Below are positions 40,511 to 49,460 of a stretch of DNA of 64,000 nucleotides, piece after piece. The position numbers and the translations under genes were made by a program. The notes beneath the pieces were generated by a model. The model was not told the DNA's origin, did no database searches, and saw nothing but the letters and a program-made list of their open reading frames with translations. Origin of the DNA: an uncultured Deinococcales bacterium (lineage in GTDB: Bacteria > Deinococcota > Deinococci > Deinococcales > JAAFIG01); NCBI GenBank assembly GCA_964247135.1, contig CAXTTL010000004.1, forward strand, positions 2,146 to 66,145, read 5' to 3'. Every line of letters begins with the position of its first letter. Position 1 is the stretch's first letter.

Positions 40511-41560
40511 ATGAAAGCGAAACTTGTTTCTCTGGCGGCTGGTTCGGTGCTGGTTTTGGGTTTACTGGCGGGTCAACCGCAAGCCCAACAAAATGTTTTA
40601 AACATTTTCAACTGGTCCGAATACATTGACCCAGGCATTGTCAAAGACTTCGAGAAAAAATTTAATGTCAAAGTCAATTACAGCCTTTACGAGTCCAACG
40701 AAGATTTAATTTCTAAGCTCGAGGTGGGCGGCAAAGAACAGTACGATGTGGTCGTGCCAGGGCAGTACGCCGTGCCGATCATGGTCAAAAAGGGCTTGCT
40801 GTTGAAACTCGATAAAACCCAAATCCCAAATTTTAAAAACCTCTCCAAAAAGTTTGTCAACACCAGTTACGACCCCAACAATGCTTACAGCATCGCGTAT
40901 CAGTGGGGAACGGTGGGCATTGTTTATGACAAGAAAAAACTGAAAAACCCAGAACAAACTTGGGGTTTGTTATTTGACAAATCCAAGCAAAAAGGCGCGT
41001 TTGTCATGATGGACAGCGTCCGGGAAATGATCGGACCCGCTTTGATGTACCTGGGCAAAAGCTTAAACTCGACCAAGCCCGAGGATTTAAAACAGGCGCT
41101 CGATATCATGGTCGAAGCCAAAGGTCGCAGTTTGGGCTTTGACGGCGGCGTTGGCGCCCGCAATAAGGTCGCGGCAGGGCAAGCCGTGTACGGCGTGGCT
41201 TACAACGGCGACTGTGTGAAGATGCAGGATGAAAACCCAAACATTGGTTATTTTGTGCCCAAAGAAGGCACGGTTGTGTTCGTGGACAACATGTCGATTT
41301 CGGCTGGCGCGAGAAACCCGAAAATGGCGCACGCCTTTATCAATTACATGCTCGACCCAAAAGTTGGCGCGAGGTTAAGCAATTACAACCGTTACGCCAC
41401 ACCCAACGAAGCCGCCAAACCGTACATCAATCCCAAAGACGTCAAGAATCCTGGCGTTTACCCACCCGAAAGCATCATGAAAAAACTCGAGTTCATTCTC
41501 GATTTGGGCGCAGGCAACAAGCTTTACGACGCGGTGTGGACCAAATTGAAAGCGCGGTAA
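40511..41560 (+). CDS. spermidine/putrescine ABC transporter substrate-binding protein (PotD-like)
   Basis: LNIFNWSEYID, YESNE, YQWGT.GI, PKEGT...DN, AHAFINY. Confidence 0.88.
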   Translation: MKAKLVSLAAGSVLVLGLLAGQPQAQQNVLNIFNWSEYIDPGIVKDFEKKFNVKVNYSLYESNEDLISKLEVGGKEQYDVVVPGQYAVPIMVKKGLLLKLDKTQIPNFKNLSKKFVNTSYDPNNAYSIAYQWGTVGIVYDKKKLKNPEQTWGLLFDKSKQKGAFVMMDSVREMIGPALMYLGKSLNSTKPEDLKQALDIMVEAKGRSLGFDGGVGARNKVAAGQAVYGVAYNGDCVKMQDENPNIGYFVPKEGTVVFVDNMSISAGARNPKMAHAFINYMLDPKVGARLSNYNRYATPNEAAKPYINPKDVKNPGVYPPESIMKKLEFILDLGAGNKLYDAVWTKLKAR

Positions 41561-42913
41561 TTGGTGATTGACCGCGAAAGGTTACACGCGCTGCTCGAGA
41601 GTGAAGAGCAAACATTTATTGAGCAACACCCAAAATCCAGGGCTTTGTTTGAACGAGCAAAAAAGCATCTTTTGGGTGGTGTGCCGATGCACTGGATGGT
41701 GCGTTGGGCGGGCGCATTTCCCGTTTTTGTGGATCGCGCCCAAGGCTCGAGGTTCTGGGATGTGGACGGTCATGGGTACCTCGATTTTTGCTTGGGTGAC
41801 ACCGGCGCAATGACCGGTCACGCGCCGGTCCCCAGCGTAGCCGCCATCTCGAGTCAAGTCGCCAAGGGCAGCACGACCATGCTGCCCAGCCTTGATGGTG
41901 TGCTGGCAGCCGAGTTGCTGTCTGCACGTTTTGGACTGCCGTATTGGCAGTTTGCCGTCGCCGCCACCGATGCCAACCGCTTCTCGATTCGGCTGGCGCG
42001 GCACATCACCAAACGCCCGAAAATTCTGGTTTTTAACTGGTGTTATCACGGCACGGTGGACGAAACTTTTGCCACCCTCGAGCATGGAAAAGTCGTCCCG
42101 AGGGTCGGGCATATCGGCGCACCCGTCAACCCAGACCTGACCACCAAAGTTGTCGAATGGAACGACGTGGACGCCTTACGCGCCGCCCTCGAGCCAGGGG
42201 ATGTCGCCTGCGTGCTGGCAGAACCCGTTATGACCAACATCGGCATCATCCATCCAAACCCAGGCTTTCATGATGCGCTGCGCAAGTTAACTCGAGAGAC
42301 AGGCACGATCTTGATTCTCGACGAAACCCACACCATCTGCACTGGCGTTGGCGGGTACACCAGGGAACACCAACTCGAGCCTGACATTCTGACCATCGGC
42401 AAACCGATTGCGGGCGGCATTCCCGCCGCCGCCTACGGCTTTAGCGAAGCACTGGCTGAACGCGTGAACTCGAGCATCGAACGCGATCTGTCCGACACTG
42501 GCGGCATTGGTGGCACGCTCGCAGGCAACGTGCTCGCCGCCGCCGCCATGCGAGCCACACTCGAGGAAGTGCTCACGCCCGAAGCCTATGCGCAGATGAT
42601 TCCAGTCGCAACGCATTTTACCAGCGGTGTCCAAGCCGTGATCGACGAATTCAAACTGCCCTGGGTGGTCAACCAACTCGGTTGCCGCGCCGAATACTGG
42701 TTCCGCGCGACCCTCCCGCAAAACGGTGGTGAAGCCGCCGCCTCGAGCGACGCCGACCTTGACCGGTTCATGCACCTTTGGGCATTAAATCGCGGAATCC
42801 TGATGACCCCATTTCACAACATGGCATTGATGGGTCCACAAACGACCACAAGCGACGTGGACGTGCACACTCGGGTTTTCCGTGAAGGGGTTGTGGCGTT
42901 GCTCGAGGGGTAA
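41561..42913 (+). CDS. class III aminotransferase (GSA-like fold)
   Basis: WDVDG..YLDF, YHG, LAEP, ILDETH, TIGKPIAGG. Confidence 0.85.
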   Translation: MVIDRERLHALLESEEQTFIEQHPKSRALFERAKKHLLGGVPMHWMVRWAGAFPVFVDRAQGSRFWDVDGHGYLDFCLGDTGAMTGHAPVPSVAAISSQVAKGSTTMLPSLDGVLAAELLSARFGLPYWQFAVAATDANRFSIRLARHITKRPKILVFNWCYHGTVDETFATLEHGKVVPRVGHIGAPVNPDLTTKVVEWNDVDALRAALEPGDVACVLAEPVMTNIGIIHPNPGFHDALRKLTRETGTILILDETHTICTGVGGYTREHQLEPDILTIGKPIAGGIPAAAYGFSEALAERVNSSIERDLSDTGGIGGTLAGNVLAAAAMRATLEEVLTPEAYAQMIPVATHFTSGVQAVIDEFKLPWVVNQLGCRAEYWFRATLPQNGGEAAASSDADLDRFMHLWALNRGILMTPFHNMALMGPQTTTSDVDVHTRVFREGVVALLEG

Positions 42914-42940
42914 ATAAAGCAATAATTGCTCCCTGCACCA

Positions 42941-43118
42941 CCCTCATCCCCGACCCACCTTGCCCCTGAAAGCAGCACCTTCTTGATTCCAAGACGCACC
43001 TTCTTGACCATAAAATGCACCTAACGGGCATGGTCGCTAACGGGCGGAATCGCTGACGGGCTTGGGGCGCTTCTCCCACCTGTGGGAGAAGGTGGCGAGC
43101 CTGCTCGCCGGATGAGGG
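42941..43118. repeat. REP-like palindromic element
   Basis: CCCTCATCCCCGACCC... and TTCTCCCACCTGTGGGAGAAGG...GGATGAGGG; related copies at 55590 and 56979. Confidence 0.6.
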
Positions 43119-43184
43119 CTTCAGGTGCGTTCTTTTGACCCACGACAAAACACCGTTACGCACGAAAATCATTTTTGGATTGAG

Positions 43185-43225
43185 AAAAACCCTGTAGTCC
43201 CAAACTCGAGCAACTACAGGGTTTT
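43185..43225. terminator. terminator-like hairpin
   Basis: AAAACCCTGTAGT ... ACTACAGGGTTTT with CTCGAG in the loop. Confidence 0.6.
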
Positions 43226-43389
43226 CTGGATGCGCAAATCAGAATTTCTGGCTAATCTGAGCGAAGTTTAAAAGTGAACGCCAGCCCTTCAAATACAGCG
43301 TTCAATTTCAACATATTTTTCTGGTCAACATCCGTTCTTGCCGCGCTCGAGACCACCGAGCGCGAGACGAAGTATTGCCGGAGGTTTTT

Positions 43390-44751
43390 ATGAAACACGC
43401 CATCGTCATCGGCTCGAGCATGGCTGGCTTGCTCGCGGCTCGCGCCCTGTCCACACGCTTTGAGCAGGTCACGGTGCTCGAGCGTGACCGTTTGCCCGAA
43501 AACGCCCAGACCCGCAAGGGGGTGCCGCAGGGTCAGCACGCGCACGCCTTGCTGGCGGCGGGTTTGAACAGCCTCGAGACGCTGTTTCCTGGGTTGACCA
43601 AGGATTTGATCGAGGCGGGCGCGATGCCTGGCGATGCCGCCGAGAGCATTCGATGGTTTCAATTTGGAGCCTACAAAATTCGTTCGCACAGTGGCATCAC
43701 GGGGTTGTTCATGAGCCGTCCACTGATCGAACAAAAGGTCTACGCCGCCGTGAAAAGCTTGCCCAACGTCAGTTTTGTCGAAACCTGCTCGGTGATTGAC
43801 CTGACCTCGAGCCAGGACAAGTCGCGGGTCACGGGCGTTCAACTGAGTTTGGACGATTACGCGATTTTCGAGAACCTCGAGGCTGATCTGGTGGTGGACG
43901 CCAGCGGGCGCGGTTCGCAAGCCCCAACTTGGCTCGCGGCTTTGGGTTATGCCAAACCCGAGCAAAGCATCATCAAGATCAACGTTGGTTACACCAGCCG
44001 CGTATATCGTCGCAAACCGAGCGACCTCGGAGGCGATTTGGCAGCCATTCTGGTGCCCAAAGCCCCAGTGCAAAAACAGGCTGGCGTGCTGCTGGCGATG
44101 GAGGGCGAACGCTGGATGCTGACGATTGCGGGAACACTCGGCGCTCACGCGCCAAGCGACGAGGCGGGTTTTCTCGAGGCGGTCAAGAAGCTGCCCGCGC
44201 CTGACATTTACAACGTCATCAAGAACGCCGAAGCACTCTCGAGCATCATCAGTTTCAAGTACCCGCACAATCAACGCCGCCATTATGAAAAGCTGAACCA
44301 TTTCCCAGAGGGTTTTCTGGTCTTTGGCGATGCGCTGTGCAGTTTCAACCCGATCTACGGGCAGGGCATGACGGTTGCCGCACTCGAGGCGCTGGCGTTG
44401 CTGGAAGAAACCCAATTTGGTCTGGACGGTCTTGCCAAGCGCTTTTTTGCCAAGGCTGCCAAGGTGATCGAGACCCCGTGGACCATCGCGGTCGGCGAAG
44501 ACCTGCGTTACCCCGAAGTCGAAGCCCCGCGCAGTTTGGGGGTGAAATTCATCAACTGGTACGTCGCCAAGGTGCATCTTGCCGCCAGAACCGACAGCCT
44601 GGTCTGCAACGCCTTCCACAAGGTTTCCAACCTGCTCGAGCCGCCACCGAGCTTGTTCGCGCCAAAGATTGTGGCTCGGGTGATACGCGCCAATTTGGTT
44701 CAGGCAAAACCACAAACCAACCCGTTACAAGCCGCTCGAGTCTCCCATTAA
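43390..44751 (+). CDS. FAD-dependent oxidoreductase/monooxygenase
   Basis: AIVIGSSMAGL, R.GVPQG.H.H, VVDASGRGS, GDALCSFNPIYGQGM. Confidence 0.9.
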   Translation: MKHAIVIGSSMAGLLAARALSTRFEQVTVLERDRLPENAQTRKGVPQGQHAHALLAAGLNSLETLFPGLTKDLIEAGAMPGDAAESIRWFQFGAYKIRSHSGITGLFMSRPLIEQKVYAAVKSLPNVSFVETCSVIDLTSSQDKSRVTGVQLSLDDYAIFENLEADLVVDASGRGSQAPTWLAALGYAKPEQSIIKINVGYTSRVYRRKPSDLGGDLAAILVPKAPVQKQAGVLLAMEGERWMLTIAGTLGAHAPSDEAGFLEAVKKLPAPDIYNVIKNAEALSSIISFKYPHNQRRHYEKLNHFPEGFLVFGDALCSFNPIYGQGMTVAALEALALLEETQFGLDGLAKRFFAKAAKVIETPWTIAVGEDLRYPEVEAPRSLGVKFINWYVAKVHLAARTDSLVCNAFHKVSNLLEPPPSLFAPKIVARVIRANLVQAKPQTNPLQAARVSH

Positions 44752-44777
44752 ACCCTCGAGTACGGAAAGGAAATCTG

Positions 44778-45373
44778 ATGAAAAAACTGGTTTTGATCGC
44801 TCTTGTTGCCGCACTCGGTCTGGTTGTCTCGAGTCGCGCCCAACAAAACCCAAACGCCCTGCCCGCCGGTGAATACGCCTGGACAATTGACTTACGCTGT
44901 GTGACCGAAGAACGCTGCAAAGCCGCCTTCGGTGGCGAGTCGCCGATTCCAGCCTGGTGGGAATGTTTTAGCTTTGCGGGTCACATCAATTCTGACGGCA
45001 AGCCATGACCTACGCGGGTTCGGATGTCTTCCGTGGTCGCGCCGGAATGGGAACCGAGGGCGCGTGCGACGCCCCGTTCGAGACGCCATTTTCAGGCATT
45101 TGCATTTACGGCGAGAAGGGCGAGGCGTTCATCAAAACCTCTGCGCTGCCCTCGCCCGTTCTGAACGGCAAAGCCACCATCTGGATCAAAAACGCCCTGC
45201 TCTACAGCCCACGCTCGAGCGGTGAGAATTACATCACCCCCTGCCCTTGCGGCGCCGAAGGCGAGGACGAACAGACGCCCGCCACGCCAGGAACGTACAC
45301 GACCAAAGATTTTTTTGGCGGCAAGAAACCTGTGGGCGTCAGCCTCAACGTTCAACTCGTGAAACTGCCCTGA
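44778..45373 (+). pseudogene. secreted Cys-containing protein split into two ORFs (44778-45008, 45005-45373), possible frameshift
   Basis: Signal peptide MKKLVLIAL... ends after 76 aa at GGC AAG CCA TGA; one extra A would read GKAMTY into the second ORF. Confidence 0.45.
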
Positions 45374-45417
45374 GCCTTCCCCACTCGAGCCGCTCGAGAA
45401 ACATTAAGGAGCACACC

Positions 45418-46122
45418 ATGAACCTGATTCGTTACGTTGCCGCCCTCGTTCCCGCCGTTATTCTGGTCGCCTGCGGGCAGACCGCCGCACCCGCAAAAAT
45501 CACCTACCCGAGCGCCAGTTTTGCCGCCTCGGGCGACACCCAAGCCAAAACCGCTGTCAAACTTTGGAACTTTCAGGGGGCGCAAACGGGCTTGACCGTG
45601 ACCGGCGCAGACTCGAGCGACAAGGCGTATCAGGTCTTGCGCGTGACGGGTGAGGACGCCAGCACGTTCAAAATCTCGCAAGATTTTAAGAATGCGGCTG
45701 GAGAATTGCTGGCGTCCGTTTCGGTGTTGACCCACAACGACGGCACGTACTCGGTTGCCAAAACGGGCGATCCGACCGACGCGGCGCTCTGCCCAAACTG
45801 CATGGGCAACGATTTCGCGGCAGCCAACCCGAGCGCGAGCGACACGGTAAAACCAAGCTTTACAGGTCCGATCAACCCCGTCCCGCCCGTGGTGAATCCC
45901 ACCGACCCATCCGATCCCGTGCTGATTTCTGCCGCCTGCGACAAAGCCTTGAAACACCTCGCCAAAGCCGCCATGAATGTTGCACTCCAATGTGGAGCGC
46001 ACCCAACGGGACCCGGCAGTTTTATTGGCGATGCCTGTCAGACCGCCACCTTCGCCTATCAACTGACTTACGCCTACGAGGTTGTGGCTGCCTGTGGACC
46101 GATTCTTGGTTCAGGTTTTTAA
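45418..46122 (+). CDS. putative lipoprotein, Cys-rich C-terminus
   Basis: SD AAGGAG, MNLIRYV...LVAC lipobox. Confidence 0.7.
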   Translation: MNLIRYVAALVPAVILVACGQTAAPAKITYPSASFAASGDTQAKTAVKLWNFQGAQTGLTVTGADSSDKAYQVLRVTGEDASTFKISQDFKNAAGELLASVSVLTHNDGTYSVAKTGDPTDAALCPNCMGNDFAAANPSASDTVKPSFTGPINPVPPVVNPTDPSDPVLISAACDKALKHLAKAAMNVALQCGAHPTGPGSFIGDACQTATFAYQLTYAYEVVAACGPILGSGF

Positions 46123-46177
46123 ATCTTCTACAAATCCAGCCGAGCGGATCAAAGCTCGAGGTTTTCAAAGGAACAAC

Positions 46178-47005
46178 ATGAACATCGATCCAGTTTCACA
46201 AGGTTTTGCCCAGCAAATCGAACAGACCGAGATTCAAACCTGGCTTGACCTGTACGCCGCCATGAATGAGGGTTTTGGCAAGGAATTCAATGCCGAAATT
46301 CTCGAGCTTGGGCAGATCGTATTGACGCGCTGTCCGAGCATTGCCTTCGGCGAATTCAACCGCGTCATGGGCTTGGGTGTGTTTGAAACCGCCACGGAAT
46401 CAGACCTCGAGCATGTTTTTGACAAGTACCGTGAGGTTGGCGTCAAACGTTTCTTGATTCACCACATTCCATCCTGTCAACCAACGGTTTTAACAAACTG
46501 GCTCGAGGCGCGTCAACCCGCAGTGCTGGCAGGTTGGGAACGGATCGTGCGCGATGATGCGGCACTCGAGGCTATTCCAAATGAACCCGCGATTGAACGC
46601 GTCACAAGCCGCAACGCGCACGAATGGGCAGATTTTATTGATGCCGCTTATCACATGACCACCAAACCCTGGCTGCTCGAGTTGGTGGGTCGCCCAGGCT
46701 GGCATCATTACTTGCTGCGCGAAAATGCCAAGGTGGTGGCGGTGCGTTCAATGTGCATCAACTCCGATGGCACAGTTTGGTTTGGCATCGAAGCGCCCGT
46801 TCCTGGGATCATGGCTCCAAGTTTTGCCCTCGACGCTCGGTTGTGCCAAGTGATGGTACAAGACGGTCTGAAGATGGGCGGGAAATTGTTTGTGGCAGAC
46901 ATTGAAAAGCCCAATCCTCAAATGGACACACCTGCTTATGCCGACTTTGCACGCTTGGGATTCACCCGACCATACTTCAGAACCAATTACGTGTTCGCGC
47001 TGTAA
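46178..47005 (+). CDS. hypothetical protein, GNAT-like
   Basis: FNRVMGLG, LVGRPGWHHY, ARLGF...Y.R.N. Confidence 0.55.
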   Translation: MNIDPVSQGFAQQIEQTEIQTWLDLYAAMNEGFGKEFNAEILELGQIVLTRCPSIAFGEFNRVMGLGVFETATESDLEHVFDKYREVGVKRFLIHHIPSCQPTVLTNWLEARQPAVLAGWERIVRDDAALEAIPNEPAIERVTSRNAHEWADFIDAAYHMTTKPWLLELVGRPGWHHYLLRENAKVVAVRSMCINSDGTVWFGIEAPVPGIMAPSFALDARLCQVMVQDGLKMGGKLFVADIEKPNPQMDTPAYADFARLGFTRPYFRTNYVFAL

Positions 47006-47064
47006 AAACCAAAAACCCCATTTCTCGAGAAGAGAAACAGGGTTTGATGGATTTGAAAAGCGCT

Positions 47065-48831
47065 TTAGTAACGCTTGCGTTGTGGTTTGTACGGTCCACG
47101 GTTGGCATCTCGAGGAGCGCCACCTTCACGCGGTGCGCCGCCAGAACTTTGCGATGTGCTCGAGTTGGAATCGCGGTTGCCGCGATACCCACCACGACTT
47201 CCGCCGCTTTGATAGCCGCCTTCCCTTGGACGACGATCACCCGAGCCACGGTCTTGGTAGGCACGGTCATTGCGCGGCGCGAGGTCAATCAATTCGGGCA
47301 ATGTTTCCGCACGTTCGATTTCGATTTGACCCTCGAGCGGATTTTGCGCCAAGAGTGCTTCGACTGCGGCGGTTGGAACGTCAGCCGCCACACCGTCTTT
47401 GAACGGTTTGATTTTGCCCAGCGCTTTAGACGGTAAGTTCATGACTTGCGCCAAAACCGCCACCGCCCTTGGAATGCCCAAACGCGGCGCACGCATCAAA
47501 ATCGTGGTCATGCCCTCTTCGCCAGTGATGAGACTGGCTGGTTTTGGTGCTTGGTGAATACCCGCAATCCAAGCCAATGCGCGAGCCAAAGCGTCAATGT
47601 CGAACTCTTCAGCCAAGGCTTCGGCTTCGGCACGGAATTGTGCAATCACGGCTTCAGGCACGCCACGCACGACTTTTGCAGCGTTCTTGGCGGCGCTGGC
47701 AGCAACCTCGGTTGGCTTGGGTGGGTCTTTGCGCTCGAAAAACACGCCCGCCTCATGCTCGAGGGTCTTGAGTTGGCGTTGCTCGCGGTCGGTGTACAAA
47801 ACCACTGCGGTTCCAGAACGCCCAGCGCGACCTGTACGACCCGAACGATGGACGTATGCCTCGGAATCGTTGGGGAAGTGATGCTGAACCACAAGCTCGA
47901 CATCAGGAATATCAATGCCCCTGGCGGCGACATCTGTCGCCACCAAGACTCGAGTGCGACCCGCACGGAAACCCTCGAGCGCCCGTTCGCGTTGGCTTTG
48001 CGCCAAATCGCCGTGAATCGCTTCGGCTTCCAGACCACGGTGAATCAACTCGAGCGCCAGTTCGTCGCAATCTTTTTTGGTGCGCGTGAAAATGATCGCC
48101 CGTTCTGGCGCGAGCACCGTCAGCAAATCTGCCAGCGTTTTGGTTCGCGCCGCAGGATTCACCCGAATGGCAATGTGCTGCGTGGTGCTGGCTTGCGCCG
48201 CGCTTTCCTCGCCAACCAGATCGACTTTTTTGGGGTTGTTCAAATACCCTTTTGCCAGTTTGTCCACCCAACGCGGAATGGTCGCCGAGAACAACATCGT
48301 CTGGCGTTCCTTGGGCGTGCTTTTCAGCACCCGTTCGACCGCATCTTGAAAACCCATCGAGAGCATCTCGTCGGCTTCGTCGAGCACCGCAATCTCAACC
48401 TCAGACAAATCGAGCGTGCCGCGATCAAGATGGTCAATGACACGACCAGGCGTGCCAACCACAACGTCCACACCGCGTTGCAAATCGCGCTCTTGAGGAC
48501 CGTAACTGGTGCCGCCGTAAATGGTGGTCACCGCCAAATGCGCCGCACACAACTCGAGTTCCTTGGCGACCTGTTTTGCCAGTTCTCGGGTTGGCGCTAA
48601 AATAATGGCGCGGGTCTTGCGACCACGTTCACGGCTTGCTTCCAGGCGCATCGAAATTGGCAGCCCGAATGCCAGCGTTTTGCCTGTACCAGTGCGGGCA
48701 CGACCCAGCACGTCACGACCCTCGAGCGTGAACGGCAGACTCTCTTCTTGAATGGGGGACGGAACGGTGATGCCTCGGGCAGTCAGCCCTGAGACAACGC
48801 GCTCGGAGAGCGCGAAATCAGAAAAAACCAT
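47065..48831 (-). CDS. DEAD-box RNA helicase (Hera-like)
   Basis: ARTGTGKT, PTRELA, DEAD, SAT, HRSGRTGR; RG-rich tail. Confidence 0.95.
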   Translation of the reverse strand: MVFSDFALSERVVSGLTARGITVPSPIQEESLPFTLEGRDVLGRARTGTGKTLAFGLPISMRLEASRERGRKTRAIILAPTRELAKQVAKELELCAAHLAVTTIYGGTSYGPQERDLQRGVDVVVGTPGRVIDHLDRGTLDLSEVEIAVLDEADEMLSMGFQDAVERVLKSTPKERQTMLFSATIPRWVDKLAKGYLNNPKKVDLVGEESAAQASTTQHIAIRVNPAARTKTLADLLTVLAPERAIIFTRTKKDCDELALELIHRGLEAEAIHGDLAQSQRERALEGFRAGRTRVLVATDVAARGIDIPDVELVVQHHFPNDSEAYVHRSGRTGRAGRSGTAVVLYTDREQRQLKTLEHEAGVFFERKDPPKPTEVAASAAKNAAKVVRGVPEAVIAQFRAEAEALAEEFDIDALARALAWIAGIHQAPKPASLITGEEGMTTILMRAPRLGIPRAVAVLAQVMNLPSKALGKIKPFKDGVAADVPTAAVEALLAQNPLEGQIEIERAETLPELIDLAPRNDRAYQDRGSGDRRPREGGYQSGGSRGGYRGNRDSNSSTSQSSGGAPREGGAPRDANRGPYKPQRKRY

Positions 48832-49063
48832 GTTTTAATCCTTTCCAGGCGATTAATGCCACCCGAAAAGAACGCTTGATTCCCCCAGATAATGTGGCAG
48901 CGAAAACGCCTGACCGTCACATCGGGACGGCACGAAGAAAGACTATACACGAAAAAATGAAACACAAATGGCATTTTGTCCCACTTTTCCCGAAAGTCAG
49001 GGTTTTGGTAAAACTCGAGACACTTGCAAAAGTTTTGATGTCATGCAACAATCCTCGAGCTAT

Positions 49064-49138
<75 letters not shown>

Positions 49139-49143
49139 TTTCA

Positions 49144-49178
49144 GGGACGCAAATCTTCAGGTTTGCGTCCCCGTTTTT
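49144..49178 (+). terminator. intrinsic terminator after tRNA-Val
   Basis: GGGACGCAAAT..GTTTGCGTCCC then GTTTTT. Confidence 0.8.
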
Positions 49179-49313
49179 CATTCGAGTATCATCAAGCGTT
49201 CCAAAGTTTTTGCGCGAGTAATGACATAGACGTGAATTATAAAATTATCGAAATTATTCAGTAAAACGTAACCTCGTGATAAACTTCGTGTTGTGGGTAA
49301 AGCCCATGTGCTA

Positions 49314-49454
49314 CTGGGGAAGATCACAAATTAAATTCCACTGTCTATCAGCGGTGGCACACGTGTAGTTAGTTCAGATCTCGAGGTATCCGCTTTACCT
49401 ATTATTTGTAGCTTTAAGCGGTATGTTTAAAAGAGAAATATTGATCTTCCCCAG
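49314..49454 (+). ncRNA. putative retron msr-msd ncRNA
   Basis: Perfect 13-bp inverted repeat CTGGGGAAGATCA (49314-49326)/TGATCTTCCCCAG (49442-49454) enclosing hairpins at 49338-49357 and 49390-49421, directly upstream of a retron RT. Confidence 0.75.
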
Positions 49455-49460
49455 AAAAGC

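Noticed and set aside
40158..40514. Cys-rich 118-aa ORF between tkt and the PotD-like gene
   Set aside because: No RBS or family motif; overlaps a terminator-like hairpin (about 40169-40201) and the probable promoter region
43252..44715. 487-aa minus-strand ORF (similarly 47446-48600, 13089-14213, 8333-9208)
   Set aside because: Antisense to well-supported genes, with no recognisable motifs
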